From sequence record MT446415.1: DNA of 64,000 nucleotides, one strand, 5' to 3'. Under the pieces are notes generated by a model that was not told the origin of the DNA, searched no databases, and saw only the letters and a program-made list of their open reading frames with translations. The DNA comes from Escherichia virus TH44. A program made the position numbers and the translations under genes. This document shows, piece after piece, positions 50,208 through 60,249 of this stretch; the stretch's first letter is position 1, and each line of letters starts with the position of its first letter.

Positions 50208-50551
50208 GTAATCTCACCGCAGGGCTTATGCTCGCCCTGGTAGTAACTGCTGGTAGTGGTTTCTATCTAAAAGCAAAAGTGGATAATCTCAAGACAGCGG
50301 TGGCGGAAGTCACCAAAGTCGCAGAAGATAATGCGAAAAATCTGCAATCAGTAAAAGACCAGGTTAATCAAATTAATCTCCTTGACCAACAGCGCCAGGA
50401 ATATGTTGAACACCTGCAGAAGGAAAATGATAAACTTCGTGCAGATGCAAAACGTACTAAGGTTGTGGCAGCGAAGCCTAAATTAGTTGAAAAACAGATT
50501 AATCAGTCTTTTGATAAGTTCGCCCAGGACTTCCAGGAGCTCACCAAATGA
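50198..50551 (+). CDS. i-spanin (T4 pseT.3-like)
   Basis: 117 aa type II membrane protein (N-terminal TM LMLALVVTAGSGFYL) with coiled-coil periplasmic part. Confidence 0.6.
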   Translation: MQISNLTAGLMLALVVTAGSGFYLKAKVDNLKTAVAEVTKVAEDNAKNLQSVKDQVNQINLLDQQRQEYVEHLQKENDKLRADAKRTKVVAAKPKLVEKQINQSFDKFAQDFQELTK

Positions 50552-50838
50552 TGAAATCTATCATGGCAGTATGTTTGGCTATTGGACTCGTTTCATGCGC
50601 CCAGAAGCCCGTTGTGGAGCCCACAATCCAAGTTCATCCTAATTGGCCTGTTGCATTGGCTGATTACAAACAGCAATGGGAAGTGAAGGTAATTGAGGGC
50701 CAAGCCTGGGTTGGCATGCCTTTTGAAGCATCGCAAGAATTCAGGATTTGGATGAATGATGTAAAAAGGTATGTACATGACCAAAAAGGTATGTTATGTT
50801 ATTATCGTTCTGAACTAAAAGAGGAACGTTGCAAATGA
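50548..50838 (+). CDS. o-spanin lipoprotein (T4 pseT.2-like)
   Basis: 96 aa; signal peptide with lipobox LVSC; directly downstream of i-spanin. Confidence 0.6.
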   Translation: MMKSIMAVCLAIGLVSCAQKPVVEPTIQVHPNWPVALADYKQQWEVKVIEGQAWVGMPFEASQEFRIWMNDVKRYVHDQKGMLCYYRSELKEERCK

Positions 50839-50942
50839 TAGAGACCTGTAGCCTTGGTTGGGATATTGTTAGATTTGGTGCATTCTGTTTTTGTTTTGGA
50901 ATTACGGCCACTTTATGTGTTCAAGGTCTTTTTGGAAAGTAG
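50835..50942 (+). CDS. small hydrophobic peptide
   Basis: 35 aa, not in track; TAG stop embedded in the next promoter cassette. Confidence 0.25.
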   Translation: MIETCSLGWDIVRFGAFCFCFGITATLCVQGLFGK

Positions 50943-51000
50943 TGTACAAACTTATGGGAGCAGAGTATAATGCTCCACGGATTATAAAATTTGAGGAATT
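50940..51000 (+). promoter_or_regulatory. T4-type early promoter cassette
   Basis: TAGTGTACAAACTTATGGGAGCAGAGTATAATGCTCCA. Confidence 0.6.
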
Positions 51001-51004
51001 GAAT

Positions 51005-51462
51005 ATGAAAATATTATGGTATGTTGAGAACGCTAATAATATCATGAAGTGTAAAGACGAATTCTTCCAAAAGCTGGCCCGAATTGGCTCTTGCCGCAAA
51101 ACACCTTTGGAAGGTAAAGCTCGATTCTTTATTAAAGAATGTAAAGGTGGAGCTATTACAGAAGTCGAATATTATGCTCCATGGAATGATTTCCCAAGCC
51201 GAGTGTTAGAATTATCCGAGCCTATTCCTTCTGATGTATGGAATTCAATCTTAGATGTTACGGCGTGCTATGAAGAAAACCAATCACTTCATGAAGAAAA
51301 AGAACGTATTCGTGAGCTAGTAAAAAGTTTTGAATACGCGGCTAAACGCCATGGTCAAATGCAATCTGCCGCTGCACTTGGTGATGTTTCTGAAAGTGCA
51401 GCTTATGAAACTGGTAAAATCCTTAAAACCTGTCGCGAAGAACTTTATAAGGAGCTTGGTGT

Positions 51463-51466
<4 letters not shown>
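51005..51466 (+). CDS. hypothetical protein (pseT.1 position)
   Basis: 153 aa from internal ATG with SD GAGGAA. Confidence 0.45.
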
Positions 51467-52684
<1,218 letters not shown>

Positions 52685-52685
<1 letters not shown>

Positions 52686-52882
52686 TGAATAATATCGAAA
52701 AGATTTTTCGTACAATCGAAGAAATTGAAAAACGTTACGAATACTTTTTCAGCGTATGGCCTTTAACCGATGGACGTATTGGCCTGGATGTGATGGACTA
52801 TAAAGATGAAGACAAGGTCGATGGTGGTATTTTTAAATCCGCTCCTGAACTCCTTGCCTTCTTGGAAGAACATTATGTATAA
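52685..52882 (+). CDS. hypothetical protein
   Basis: 65 aa from internal ATG. Confidence 0.35.
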
Positions 52883-53090
52883 CAAACACCATGAAGTTGA
52901 AGAAGAAGCTTATAAAGAGCTTCAGAAACTGGTAGGGCAGAATATGTCTCCTGCTCTTATCAACAGCCTGGCTGCACTGCGCAATGATATCAACGAACGA
53001 TACAAGGGCGAATATTATGTTGAATTCGTTCCGCTGACTGAAGTCATTGACCGATTTATCGTTAATGTCAAGGTACATACCGTCCATTAA
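52875..53090 (+). CDS. hypothetical protein
   Basis: 71 aa from internal ATG. Confidence 0.35.
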   Translation: MYNKHHEVEEEAYKELQKLVGQNMSPALINSLAALRNDINERYKGEYYVEFVPLTEVIDRFIVNVKVHTVH

Positions 53091-53163
53091 CGCTTTAAAA
53101 ATTTTATGTTATAATGGGGTCTAGGTCCTTTGGATAACTCCAATAACTAAGCGAGAAAAGAAA

Positions 53164-53442
53164 ATGTTTCCTACGTATTCTGAAATTGTTAAAGTAGTTT
53201 TTAGTCAGATTGTATCTGATTATCTATACGAAAGCGTCGACACGTCGACTGAACTAAAGGTGCATGGTCGTTTGTCTGCTATTCTGGAAATCATGTTCCC
53301 GGATGCAGTTGATGCAATCACTGTTCAACTCACGCCTGGCGCAGCATTTGCAATTGTTCCGTTTAAAATTGATAACCACATTTTGGCTATTTCATGCAAA
53401 ATGGACTTCCAGAAACAAACAGTAGTTGTTGAAGCAATTTAA
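53164..53442 (+). CDS. hypothetical protein
   Basis: 92 aa, SD GAGAAAAG. Confidence 0.4.
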   Translation: MFPTYSEIVKVVFSQIVSDYLYESVDTSTELKVHGRLSAILEIMFPDAVDAITVQLTPGAAFAIVPFKIDNHILAISCKMDFQKQTVVVEAI

Positions 53443-53443
53443 G

Positions 53444-53500
53444 TGTTTACTTTCACCACGGATGGTGTATAATGAATTTCATCAACACATGAGGAAAACA
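53444..53500 (+). promoter_or_regulatory. T4-type early promoter cassette
   Basis: GTGTTTAC, 17 bp, GGATGGTGTATAATGAATTTCATC (same variant as the 5495 copy), then SD. Confidence 0.55.
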
Positions 53501-53502
53501 AA

Positions 53503-54045
53503 ATGAGCAATTTCTTTGAAGAAGGTAAGTTTTACAAATTCGTATCCGAAAATGCCAAAAAACGCTTTGTCTCCGGTGGATGGGCAGCTAATTACCAAAT
53601 TGCTGGATATATCGGTATGACTCCGTTTGAAGTAAAGCTTGAGCCTGATAATATTAGCGGCGGTAAAAAAGTTTGTGAGATTCGTTTGATTGATGAAAAT
53701 AATTTTGTGGATTTGGCAAAAATATCTGGTGCACAAAACAGGCATCATGGAGCAATGTTTGTTTCCAATGGTCCGTTATCAGATGAATTTGAATATTTCA
53801 TCCAGGTAGAAGTTGGTGTTAAGCCAGAAGTTGAGCCCCCGCCAGCGAAACTTGCATCAGATTGGAAATTGCTTGTGGTTAAAAATGGCAAGATTGAGAT
53901 TAACTCTCGTCATGTGTCAAAAGAGCGAGCGGAAGGCGAAGCAGAGCGCCTGTTAAAAAGTGGTACTGCAGAAGATTGCTATATTATCAAAGGTGATATC
54001 ACAAAAGCTTCTATCGTTAAACAAATAAAACAGGAGACAATCTGA
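53503..54045 (+). CDS. hypothetical protein, N-terminus related to the 39773/40485 paralogue family
   Basis: 180 aa; N-terminal EEGKFYKFVSENAKKRFVSGG resembles METGKFYVLDPAAKKQFIAGS. Confidence 0.45.
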   Translation: MSNFFEEGKFYKFVSENAKKRFVSGGWAANYQIAGYIGMTPFEVKLEPDNISGGKKVCEIRLIDENNFVDLAKISGAQNRHHGAMFVSNGPLSDEFEYFIQVEVGVKPEVEPPPAKLASDWKLLVVKNGKIEINSRHVSKERAEGEAERLLKSGTAEDCYIIKGDITKASIVKQIKQETI

Positions 54046-54290
54046 TGCTTAGCGAAACCCCAATTACTGTTGAAGAGTTTCACGAAAAAGTGAAGGCATT
54101 TGCTCAAGAGATGATTAACCGTGTATCACAGCGATTCCCTGCTGCGACTTTGCAAGTTATTCAGGAATCTGCACGCAGTTTTATGATTGTCATTAATCCG
54201 AAAATTACTCTAAAAGGTGGTGACCAGCTTACCCAACTGAAATTGGGTTCTGATGGTCTGGTTGAAGCACAGCGAGTGTATATTCAATGA
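54045..54290 (+). CDS. hypothetical protein
   Basis: 81 aa; translationally coupled. Confidence 0.4.
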   Translation: MLSETPITVEEFHEKVKAFAQEMINRVSQRFPAATLQVIQESARSFMIVINPKITLKGGDQLTQLKLGSDGLVEAQRVYIQ

Positions 54291-54622
54291 TGAATTTAAT
54301 GGATATTTTCCAGGAAGCACTTAAAAATGATTTGGGTGACCATCGTAAGTTGGACCCGGAGACAGCTGCATTTATCAAAGTAACGCTTGCGAATGATGCT
54401 CTGTTTAAAAGTATTCACCCAAGTAATTATGATGCGGTTGTTATCACAGAAGCTCCTGTAGAAATTGGTGAGCGAATGTTTGGAGTGATTTTTGACGATA
54501 AGAAAAAACGCTTCAGTGACGGTGATAGTATAATTACAACACATGTTAAGAGCATTACTAAATTGCGACATGAATTATATCGTGTTGAAACTATTAAAAC
54601 CAATTATCTCGTGGTGATGTAA
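54287..54622 (+). CDS. hypothetical protein
   Basis: 111 aa; translationally coupled. Confidence 0.4.
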   Translation: MMNLMDIFQEALKNDLGDHRKLDPETAAFIKVTLANDALFKSIHPSNYDAVVITEAPVEIGERMFGVIFDDKKKRFSDGDSIITTHVKSITKLRHELYRVETIKTNYLVVM

Positions 54623-55204
54623 ATGAAACCAACTACTGTTCTGCAAATCGCATACCTTGTATCTCAAGAATCCAAATGTTGCTCCTGGAAAGTGGGAGCT
54701 GTTATTGAAAAGAATGGCCGCATTATTTCTACAGGGTATAATGGTTCCCCTGCAGGTGGGGTTAACTGTTGCGAGCATGCGGAAGAGCAAGGTTGGTTAC
54801 TGAATAAACCTAAACCTGTTCTTATCCCTGGTCATAAGCCAGAATGCGTGAGATTCAGTCAGGTTGACCGTTTTGTATTGGCGAAAGCTCATCGCGAAGC
54901 TCATTCGGCCTGGTCAAAGAACAACGAAATTCATGCCGAGCTTAATGCGATTCTGTTCGCAGCCAGAATGGGTTCGTCAATTGAAGGCGCTACTATGTAT
55001 GTGACGCTTTCTCCTTGCCCTGATTGTGCAAAGGCAATTTCTCAATCAGGAATCAAGAAATTGGTTTACTGTGAAACGTATGATAAGAATATTCCTGGTT
55101 GGGATGATATCCTGAAGAATGCGGGAATTGAGGTGTTCAATGTGCCTAAGCGTAGTCTAGACAAATTGAACTGGGAAAACATTAACGAATTTTGTGGTGA
55201 ATAA
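54623..55204 (+). CDS. cd: dCMP deaminase
   Basis: 193 aa (same as T4 Cd); zinc-binding HAELNA and PCPDCA. Confidence 0.85.
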   Translation: MKPTTVLQIAYLVSQESKCCSWKVGAVIEKNGRIISTGYNGSPAGGVNCCEHAEEQGWLLNKPKPVLIPGHKPECVRFSQVDRFVLAKAHREAHSAWSKNNEIHAELNAILFAARMGSSIEGATMYVTLSPCPDCAKAISQSGIKKLVYCETYDKNIPGWDDILKNAGIEVFNVPKRSLDKLNWENINEFCGE

Positions 55205-55437
55205 TGAAATTTCGTATGGTTAAAATAACCGGTCTTAGTCCACGAGGGACTGGTATAATCTCTTTTTCGGTGGAATACAAAAAGTATTTCTTCTCTCGCT
55301 GGAAGTCTTACTATAAATCCGAATGGATTGATGAAAGCATTAAGTATAAAACGGACCCAGTTTTTGAAAAATGCAAAGACCTGCTGAGTGCTTTACAAAA
55401 GCGCGGCACAACTACCATTAAAACTGTTTTGGAATAA
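55204..55437 (+). CDS. hypothetical protein
   Basis: 77 aa. Confidence 0.35.
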   Translation: MKFRMVKITGLSPRGTGIISFSVEYKKYFFSRWKSYYKSEWIDESIKYKTDPVFEKCKDLLSALQKRGTTTIKTVLE

Positions 55438-55439
55438 TT

Positions 55440-55739
55440 ATGATTTTAACTGAACAAGAAACAATTCGTCTCCGTGAAAAAGTCAAGACTATTTTGTCTG
55501 TTGGTTTTCACGAAGTTCTGTTTGAAAAAGCAGATGGTAGCATCCGTCGTATGACTTGTACTCGTGACCTGGACCTGCTACCGTATAAAGAAATCCAGGC
55601 ACCTGGACCAGAAGCCAATAAAGAACCAGTTAGCTATATCCGGGTATTTGATACCAAGCTTAATGAATGGCGTTCATTCTGTTTCAATAAATTGATTTCC
55701 GTGAATGGACTGCAGACCGAGACTCTGCTTGTCCTTTAA
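55440..55739 (+). CDS. hypothetical protein
   Basis: 99 aa. Confidence 0.35.
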   Translation: MILTEQETIRLREKVKTILSVGFHEVLFEKADGSIRRMTCTRDLDLLPYKEIQAPGPEANKEPVSYIRVFDTKLNEWRSFCFNKLISVNGLQTETLLVL

Positions 55740-55770
55740 TGCTTCAAACGGTGCGTGTTATTATTAATAC

Positions 55771-56118
55771 ATGACCAAACAACATGGATTAAATATGGAA
55801 TTACCAATTAAAGCAGTAGGTGAATATATTATTTTGGTTTCTGAGCCAAAGCAAGCTGGTGATGAAGAAACTACGGCATCAGGTATTGTTATCGGAAAAC
55901 TCCATCAGGGTGAAATCCCGGAGATGTGCGAAGTATTTTCGGTTGGTCCGGATGTTCCTGAAGGTTTCTGTGAAGTGGGTGATTTGACTCCTCTTCCGGT
56001 TGGCAAGATTGCAAACGTTCCGCATCCTCTGGTTGCTCTGGGACTTAAGCAGGCTAAAGAAGTTAAGCAGAAATTTGTGACCTGTCATTATAAAGCTGTT
56101 CCTTGTCTTTATAAGTAA
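55771..56118 (+). CDS. 31: co-chaperonin gp31 (GroES-like)
   Basis: 115 aa (alternative ATG at 55795); near-colinear with recalled T4 gp31 ([39 protein letters not shown]). Confidence 0.85.
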   Translation: MTKQHGLNMELPIKAVGEYIILVSEPKQAGDEETTASGIVIGKLHQGEIPEMCEVFSVGPDVPEGFCEVGDLTPLPVGKIANVPHPLVALGLKQAKEVKQKFVTCHYKAVPCLYK

Positions 56119-56289
56119 AATTAGCGTTATAAATAATAATATGGATTGGTTGATGTCATACAGAGCTTTGCTGGTGTATGGGGTTAGCCAATCCTAAACG
56201 GTGGACTACAACTGAGAGACTTGCCGAAAGGAAGTGAAATTCAGAAGAACGTGTCCACCAAATATTCACCTCATATTGAGGCTTCTAAA

Positions 56290-56544
56290 ATGTCTTTAAA
56301 CAAACAATTACAACACGCTCTTGAACTGCAACGCACTGCATGGAATAACGGTCACGAAAACTACGGCGCATCTATTGATGTTGAAGCCGAAGCACTGGAA
56401 ATTCTGCAGTATTTCAAACATCTTAACCCGGTTCAAACCGACCTTCGCGCAGTGCTCGAAGCAAAAGATGAACTGAAATTTGCTAAGCCGCTGGCATCTG
56501 CTGCCCGCAAAGCTGTTCGCCATTTTGTCGTAACCCTGAAGTAA
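56290..56544 (+). CDS. hypothetical protein
   Basis: 84 aa from internal ATG (track start TTG). Confidence 0.4.
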   Translation: MSLNKQLQHALELQRTAWNNGHENYGASIDVEAEALEILQYFKHLNPVQTDLRAVLEAKDELKFAKPLASAARKAVRHFVVTLK

Positions 56545-56606
56545 GTTTTAGGTGATTCGCTACCTTAGTGCGGCTAGAAAATCGAGGAGCCACCGAATTA
56601 TCTGAT

Positions 56607-56635
56607 TAATGATTTGCGAATCATTATAGTTTTAG
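56607..56635 (+). terminator. AT-rich hairpin with U-rich tail (possible terminator)
   Basis: TAATGATT-TGCG-AATCATTA then TAGTTTTAG. Confidence 0.35.
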
Positions 56636-56941
56636 ACCCCGATAATTTTGTGGTGTACCTCTTGAATGTTATTCTTATAGCGGCAAGTGCATGCTACCCC
56701 GAGGTGATGGCCAATCGGGAGTACGCCTCAAGGCCTATATATCCATCAGTATATATCTTATCCTCGAGAAATCGAACCCGGAACCTTTAAGCTAACGGTG
56801 TGCAACAGATAAGAGCTATAAGGTATGATGACGAGGTTTATGGTTATCCTGTCGTTAAATATCCGAAACCTAATGTTCCCTTCGAGGGCTTGCGCAGGCA
56901 ATGTCAATAAGTCCTGCATTCTATTTTAAAGAGAATTTAAT

Positions 56942-57103
56942 ATGGCTAAGAAAGAAGTTAAAGTTGTTGATGGCTCCTCCAAACGCGCTGGTTACAAGCG
57001 TGGGTCCAACAAGCGAATCAATCAGGTAACTGATAAACTTCAGGCTCGTGCTCGTGCGGTATTGCGTGCCGATGCAGCTTGCTTTGGTAAGCCGAAAGCA
57101 TAA
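56942..57103 (+). CDS. small basic protein
   Basis: 53 aa, not in track; weak SD; immediately followed by a strong terminator. Confidence 0.35.
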   Translation: MAKKEVKVVDGSSKRAGYKRGSNKRINQVTDKLQARARAVLRADAACFGKPKA

Positions 57104-57108
57104 GTTCA

Positions 57109-57135
57109 GGGACTCTTCGGAGTCCCTTTTTATTT
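57109..57135 (+). terminator. rho-independent terminator
   Basis: GGGACTC-TTCG-GAGTCCC plus TTTTTATTTT. Confidence 0.7.
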
Positions 57136-57139
57136 TCCA

Positions 57140-57215
57140 TAAAGGGGTTTACAACAGGGTTGGTCCAGTGCATAATGATTCCATACTGAGTTACACAATA
57201 AAACACTGGAGAATA
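57140..57215 (+). promoter_or_regulatory. T4-type early promoter cassette
   Basis: AAAGGGGTTTACAACAGGG, CATAAT, GATTCCATACTGAGTTACACAA, SD GGAGAA. Confidence 0.6.
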
Positions 57216-57217
57216 AA

Positions 57218-57586
57218 ATGAAAATCAATCTTAACTCATACATCAAAGGTAAAGACCACGACGGCTACAAAGCAATCGAAACTAAAGAGATGCAATGGCA
57301 CTTGTATAAAGAACAATTTGAATTCGTTTCTTGCATGACTCCAGAAGGTCCTTCTGATGACTTCTCCTGGAAAATTATGGTAACAAACTTTTTTACTGGC
57401 GACACATATGAATTGAAAACTTTGATTCTTGGTAAGATTCGTTGTAAGACCTATGAAGATGAAGAAACTGGTTATTCTGAAGATGTTACATGGTATCAAA
57501 ATGGTCGCACTACTGCTGATGATTTGATTGAAAAAATGAAAGCTAAGGGTGAATTAAATTTAGATAATTGGATTAAAGTCGCATAA
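57218..57586 (+). CDS. hypothetical protein
   Basis: 122 aa. Confidence 0.45.
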   Translation: MKINLNSYIKGKDHDGYKAIETKEMQWHLYKEQFEFVSCMTPEGPSDDFSWKIMVTNFFTGDTYELKTLILGKIRCKTYEDEETGYSEDVTWYQNGRTTADDLIEKMKAKGELNLDNWIKVA

Positions 57587-57587
57587 A

Positions 57588-57655
57588 ACAGTTTACTTTG
57601 GTACAGGTTATGATATTATAAACCTGTACCAACAAATGAAAACAACTGGAGAATA
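57588..57655 (+). promoter_or_regulatory. early promoter cassette variant with 10 bp hairpin
   Basis: GTTTAC then GGTACAGGTT-atgatattata-AACCTGTACC perfect inverted repeat around a -10-like TATTAT. Confidence 0.5.
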
Positions 57656-57657
57656 AA

Positions 57658-58023
57658 ATGAACTATATCAACTTTGAACGCAAATATGTTTCTATCGGTG
57701 CAGTTGGTTCTAACGAGTATATGAGCTTATGGGAACATAAAAATGGTTCAGTATGTGAAATTGACCATTGGGTTTCTCCTGACTACGTTTATATGCGATT
57801 TGAAAATGGTATCACTCTTTCAATCACTAAAGAAGGTTCTAATTTTAAAATTGCTTTAGATGATGATTTCCGTCAACGTGATTTGGGTACTCATCCTTGC
57901 TGGAATGGTGTTAATCGCAAGCTTCTGGTTAAAACTTGGATTCGTCATATCCTGAGCAACAAAGCAAAACCTGAACACCTGGAAGCAATCTTTGATGTAG
58001 TTCTTAATGAATTTGATATCTAA
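57658..58023 (+). CDS. hypothetical protein
   Basis: 121 aa, SD GGAGAA. Confidence 0.45.
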   Translation: MNYINFERKYVSIGAVGSNEYMSLWEHKNGSVCEIDHWVSPDYVYMRFENGITLSITKEGSNFKIALDDDFRQRDLGTHPCWNGVNRKLLVKTWIRHILSNKAKPEHLEAIFDVVLNEFDI

Positions 58024-58031
58024 TCTTAAAT

Positions 58032-58046
58032 GGGGCGAAAGCCCCT
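58032..58046 (+). promoter_or_regulatory. intercistronic GC hairpin with GAAA tetraloop
   Basis: GGGGC-GAAA-GCCCC between stop and SD GAGGAAAA, no U-tract. Confidence 0.4.
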
Positions 58047-58059
58047 TGAGGAAAATACT

Positions 58060-58347
58060 ATGTTTATGACTACTTACTTTGATACACGTAAAAATTTCTG
58101 TGAAGTTGTTTTCTCTAAAAAAGGCCCTAATGTTCCTGCCGGGTGTGAACCAACTAAAGAATCCATTAAAAACTATGTGGATGTAGTTTGCCCAGTTGAA
58201 TTCAGGACTGTTAATGGACGTGATACGCTGGCAATCACCAAGCTTAGACGCGACATTGATATTGACCCAATTGCAGCACGTGAAGTCAATTCGTCTGATA
58301 TTAATGGCGGTAATGTTAAATCACACGGTTTCCGGATGAGGTTCTAA
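58060..58347 (+). CDS. hypothetical protein
   Basis: 95 aa from internal ATG. Confidence 0.4.
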   Translation: MFMTTYFDTRKNFCEVVFSKKGPNVPAGCEPTKESIKNYVDVVCPVEFRTVNGRDTLAITKLRRDIDIDPIAAREVNSSDINGGNVKSHGFRMRF

Positions 58348-58541
58348 TGCAACTATTCTTATCACAAACTGTCCAGTTAAAAGGCATAGGTATTCCTGGA
58401 ATGATTTCTAAGGTCTTGCCTGCTTTTCAATTAGGCAATATTTCCATTAAAGAAGCATATGCAGTCCTGTGGGTTGACGGAACAGAAGACGTTCGCATGG
58501 GTGGTGAGTTGTCTGTAATCAAATGTTTAAAGCGAGGATAA
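58347..58541 (+). CDS. hypothetical protein
   Basis: 64 aa, coupled start. Confidence 0.35.
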   Translation: MQLFLSQTVQLKGIGIPGMISKVLPAFQLGNISIKEAYAVLWVDGTEDVRMGGELSVIKCLKRG

Positions 58542-58542
58542 T

Positions 58543-58755
58543 ATGTTTAAGAAACTGATTCAGAAAATTTTGGGAACAGAAATGGTTGAAGTTACTTATC
58601 GTGTAACAGACGTGAGCCCATGGGCCCGAAATATTGAACCATATACTAAAACAATTAAAATGCTGAAATCTGACGGTGGATTGTCTATTAAAGACCGTCT
58701 ACCTGGTTATGGTCATTGGGCTGATGTAGAGATTATCAGCGTCAAAGATATTTAA
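58543..58755 (+). CDS. hypothetical protein, tandem duplicate A
   Basis: 70 aa; same length and about 50 percent identical to the next ORF (EMVEVTYRV.D.SP...SIK.RLP..G.W....IISVKD). Confidence 0.45.
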   Translation: MFKKLIQKILGTEMVEVTYRVTDVSPWARNIEPYTKTIKMLKSDGGLSIKDRLPGYGHWADVEIISVKDI

Positions 58756-58764
58756 GGAATCTTC

Positions 58765-58977
58765 ATGATTAAGAAATTATTTAAAAAGCTGTTTGGCTTG
58801 GAAATGGTTGAAGTGACTTATCGTGTTATTGATTTATCACCGCCATATGCTTGCGATGAAGATGCTATTAAAACTGTTGTTATGCGAAAAACATATCGCG
58901 GGCGGTCAATTAAAGAAAGATTGCCAGACCATGGCATGTGGTATGCAACCAAGATTATCAGTGTCAAAGATGTCTGA
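58765..58977 (+). CDS. hypothetical protein, tandem duplicate B
   Basis: 70 aa; paralogue of 58543-58755. Confidence 0.45.
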   Translation: MIKKLFKKLFGLEMVEVTYRVIDLSPPYACDEDAIKTVVMRKTYRGRSIKERLPDHGMWYATKIISVKDV

Positions 58978-59428
58978 GTTAGAAATCAGAAGCAATTTCC
59001 CATGGCCGTCATGTGCATTAAGTAACTTTGCTAAATGGCCTTTTGTTATGGATGGCATCCAGTTTGGAGGTCTTGAAGGCTTCCTCCAAGGGTGCAAGGT
59101 GAGAAATAATGAACAACAAAAACGTATATTTGGGATGTCCGGATTGGCCGCCCAGCAAAGTGGAAGAGCTTATGCAAGAGCTGCGGACCGTGGGACGCTT
59201 TTCTGGCTTGGAATTCCCTTTTCAAGATACTCTACATCATGGAAAGAGTTGTATACAAATGCATATTTTGAAGCAGCGCTCCAAAACAAAGGATTCCGCG
59301 ACGCATTACAAGCCACAAAGGGCAAAGTTTTAAAGCATTCGATGGCGAGCCACCTTACTGTTCATGATACAATATTGACTGAACAAGAATTTATTGACAT
59401 ACTTAACCAATTGAGAGATGCATTATGA
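58970..59428 (+). CDS. NADAR-domain protein (YbiA-like N-glycosidase family)
   Basis: 152 aa from internal ATG; LSNFAKWPF...DG..FGGLEGFLQGCK pattern resembles the NADAR/DUF1768 signature. Confidence 0.5.
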   Translation: MSELEIRSNFPWPSCALSNFAKWPFVMDGIQFGGLEGFLQGCKVRNNEQQKRIFGMSGLAAQQSGRAYARAADRGTLFWLGIPFSRYSTSWKELYTNAYFEAALQNKGFRDALQATKGKVLKHSMASHLTVHDTILTEQEFIDILNQLRDAL

Positions 59429-60249
59429 AACCCGTTATTTTAACAGATATTGATGGCGTATGTTTGTCATGGCAGTCTGGCTTGCCTTATTTCGCCCAAA
59501 AATATAATTTACCCCTGGAACATATCCTTAAGATGATTCAGGATGAAAAATTTGTGACCCCTGGTAAACTGTTCAATTGTGATGAAGAGTTGGGAGCACA
59601 GTTGATTGAGAAATATAACTGTTCAGATTTTATTCGCTATTTGTCTCCTTACGCGGATGCGTTAAGGGTTATTAATAACCTCAAAGAGCAATATGATTTT
59701 GTGGCTGTTACGGCTCTGGGTGATTCCATTGATGCCCGTCTGAATCGTCAATTCAACCTGAATGCTTTGTTCCCTGGTGCATTTAAAGAAGTGATGATGT
59801 GTGGTCATACAGCCTCTAAAGAAGAGTTATTTCAGAAAGCGAAGACCAAATATAATGTCGTTTGTTATATTGATGACCTTGCACACCATTGCGACCATGC
59901 GAGTGAAATCCTTGAAGTCCCGGTTTATTGGATGGCCCGTGGTGAACGTGATGCTATTCCTAAAACAGCTTCCAAAGTTTTTAATTGGGACGATGTAGCC
60001 GGACAGCTTAAACTGAAACACAAAGATGAACCAGTCAAACCAGAATTCACCCCTGATGAACTCCGTAAACTGGAAGAGCTGTTTCGTGAAACTCGCCGTC
60101 TTCAACAACAAATGCAGCAAGGCTGGCAGCCAGGTCAACCATGGACCCCTGGATATAATCCAGCATATCCATATCAATATGGCCCACGCGTAGGTACCGG
60201 CATTGAATATTGGTACAATCAACCGACCGGTGGCCAAGGGGGTAATTGA
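59425..60249 (+). CDS. HAD-superfamily phosphatase / nucleotidase with Q/P/Y-rich C-terminal tail
   Basis: 274 aa; HAD motif I LTDIDGV near N-terminus; C-terminal low-complexity QQQMQQGWQPGQPWTPGYNPAYPYQYG. Confidence 0.5.
   Translation: MKPVILTDIDGVCLSWQSGLPYFAQKYNLPLEHILKMIQDEKFVTPGKLFNCDEELGAQLIEKYNCSDFIRYLSPYADALRVINNLKEQYDFVAVTALGDSIDARLNRQFNLNALFPGAFKEVMMCGHTASKEELFQKAKTKYNVVCYIDDLAHHCDHASEILEVPVYWMARGERDAIPKTASKVFNWDDVAGQLKLKHKDEPVKPEFTPDELRKLEELFRETRRLQQQMQQGWQPGQPWTPGYNPAYPYQYGPRVGTGIEYWYNQPTGGQGGN

Noticed and set aside
56760-56800. tRNA-like T-arm motif (AATCGAACCC) in the ORF-free tract
   Set aside because: No acceptor stem, D-arm or anticodon arm could be folded around it by eye; left as a check item under the non-coding tract finding rather than called as a tRNA.
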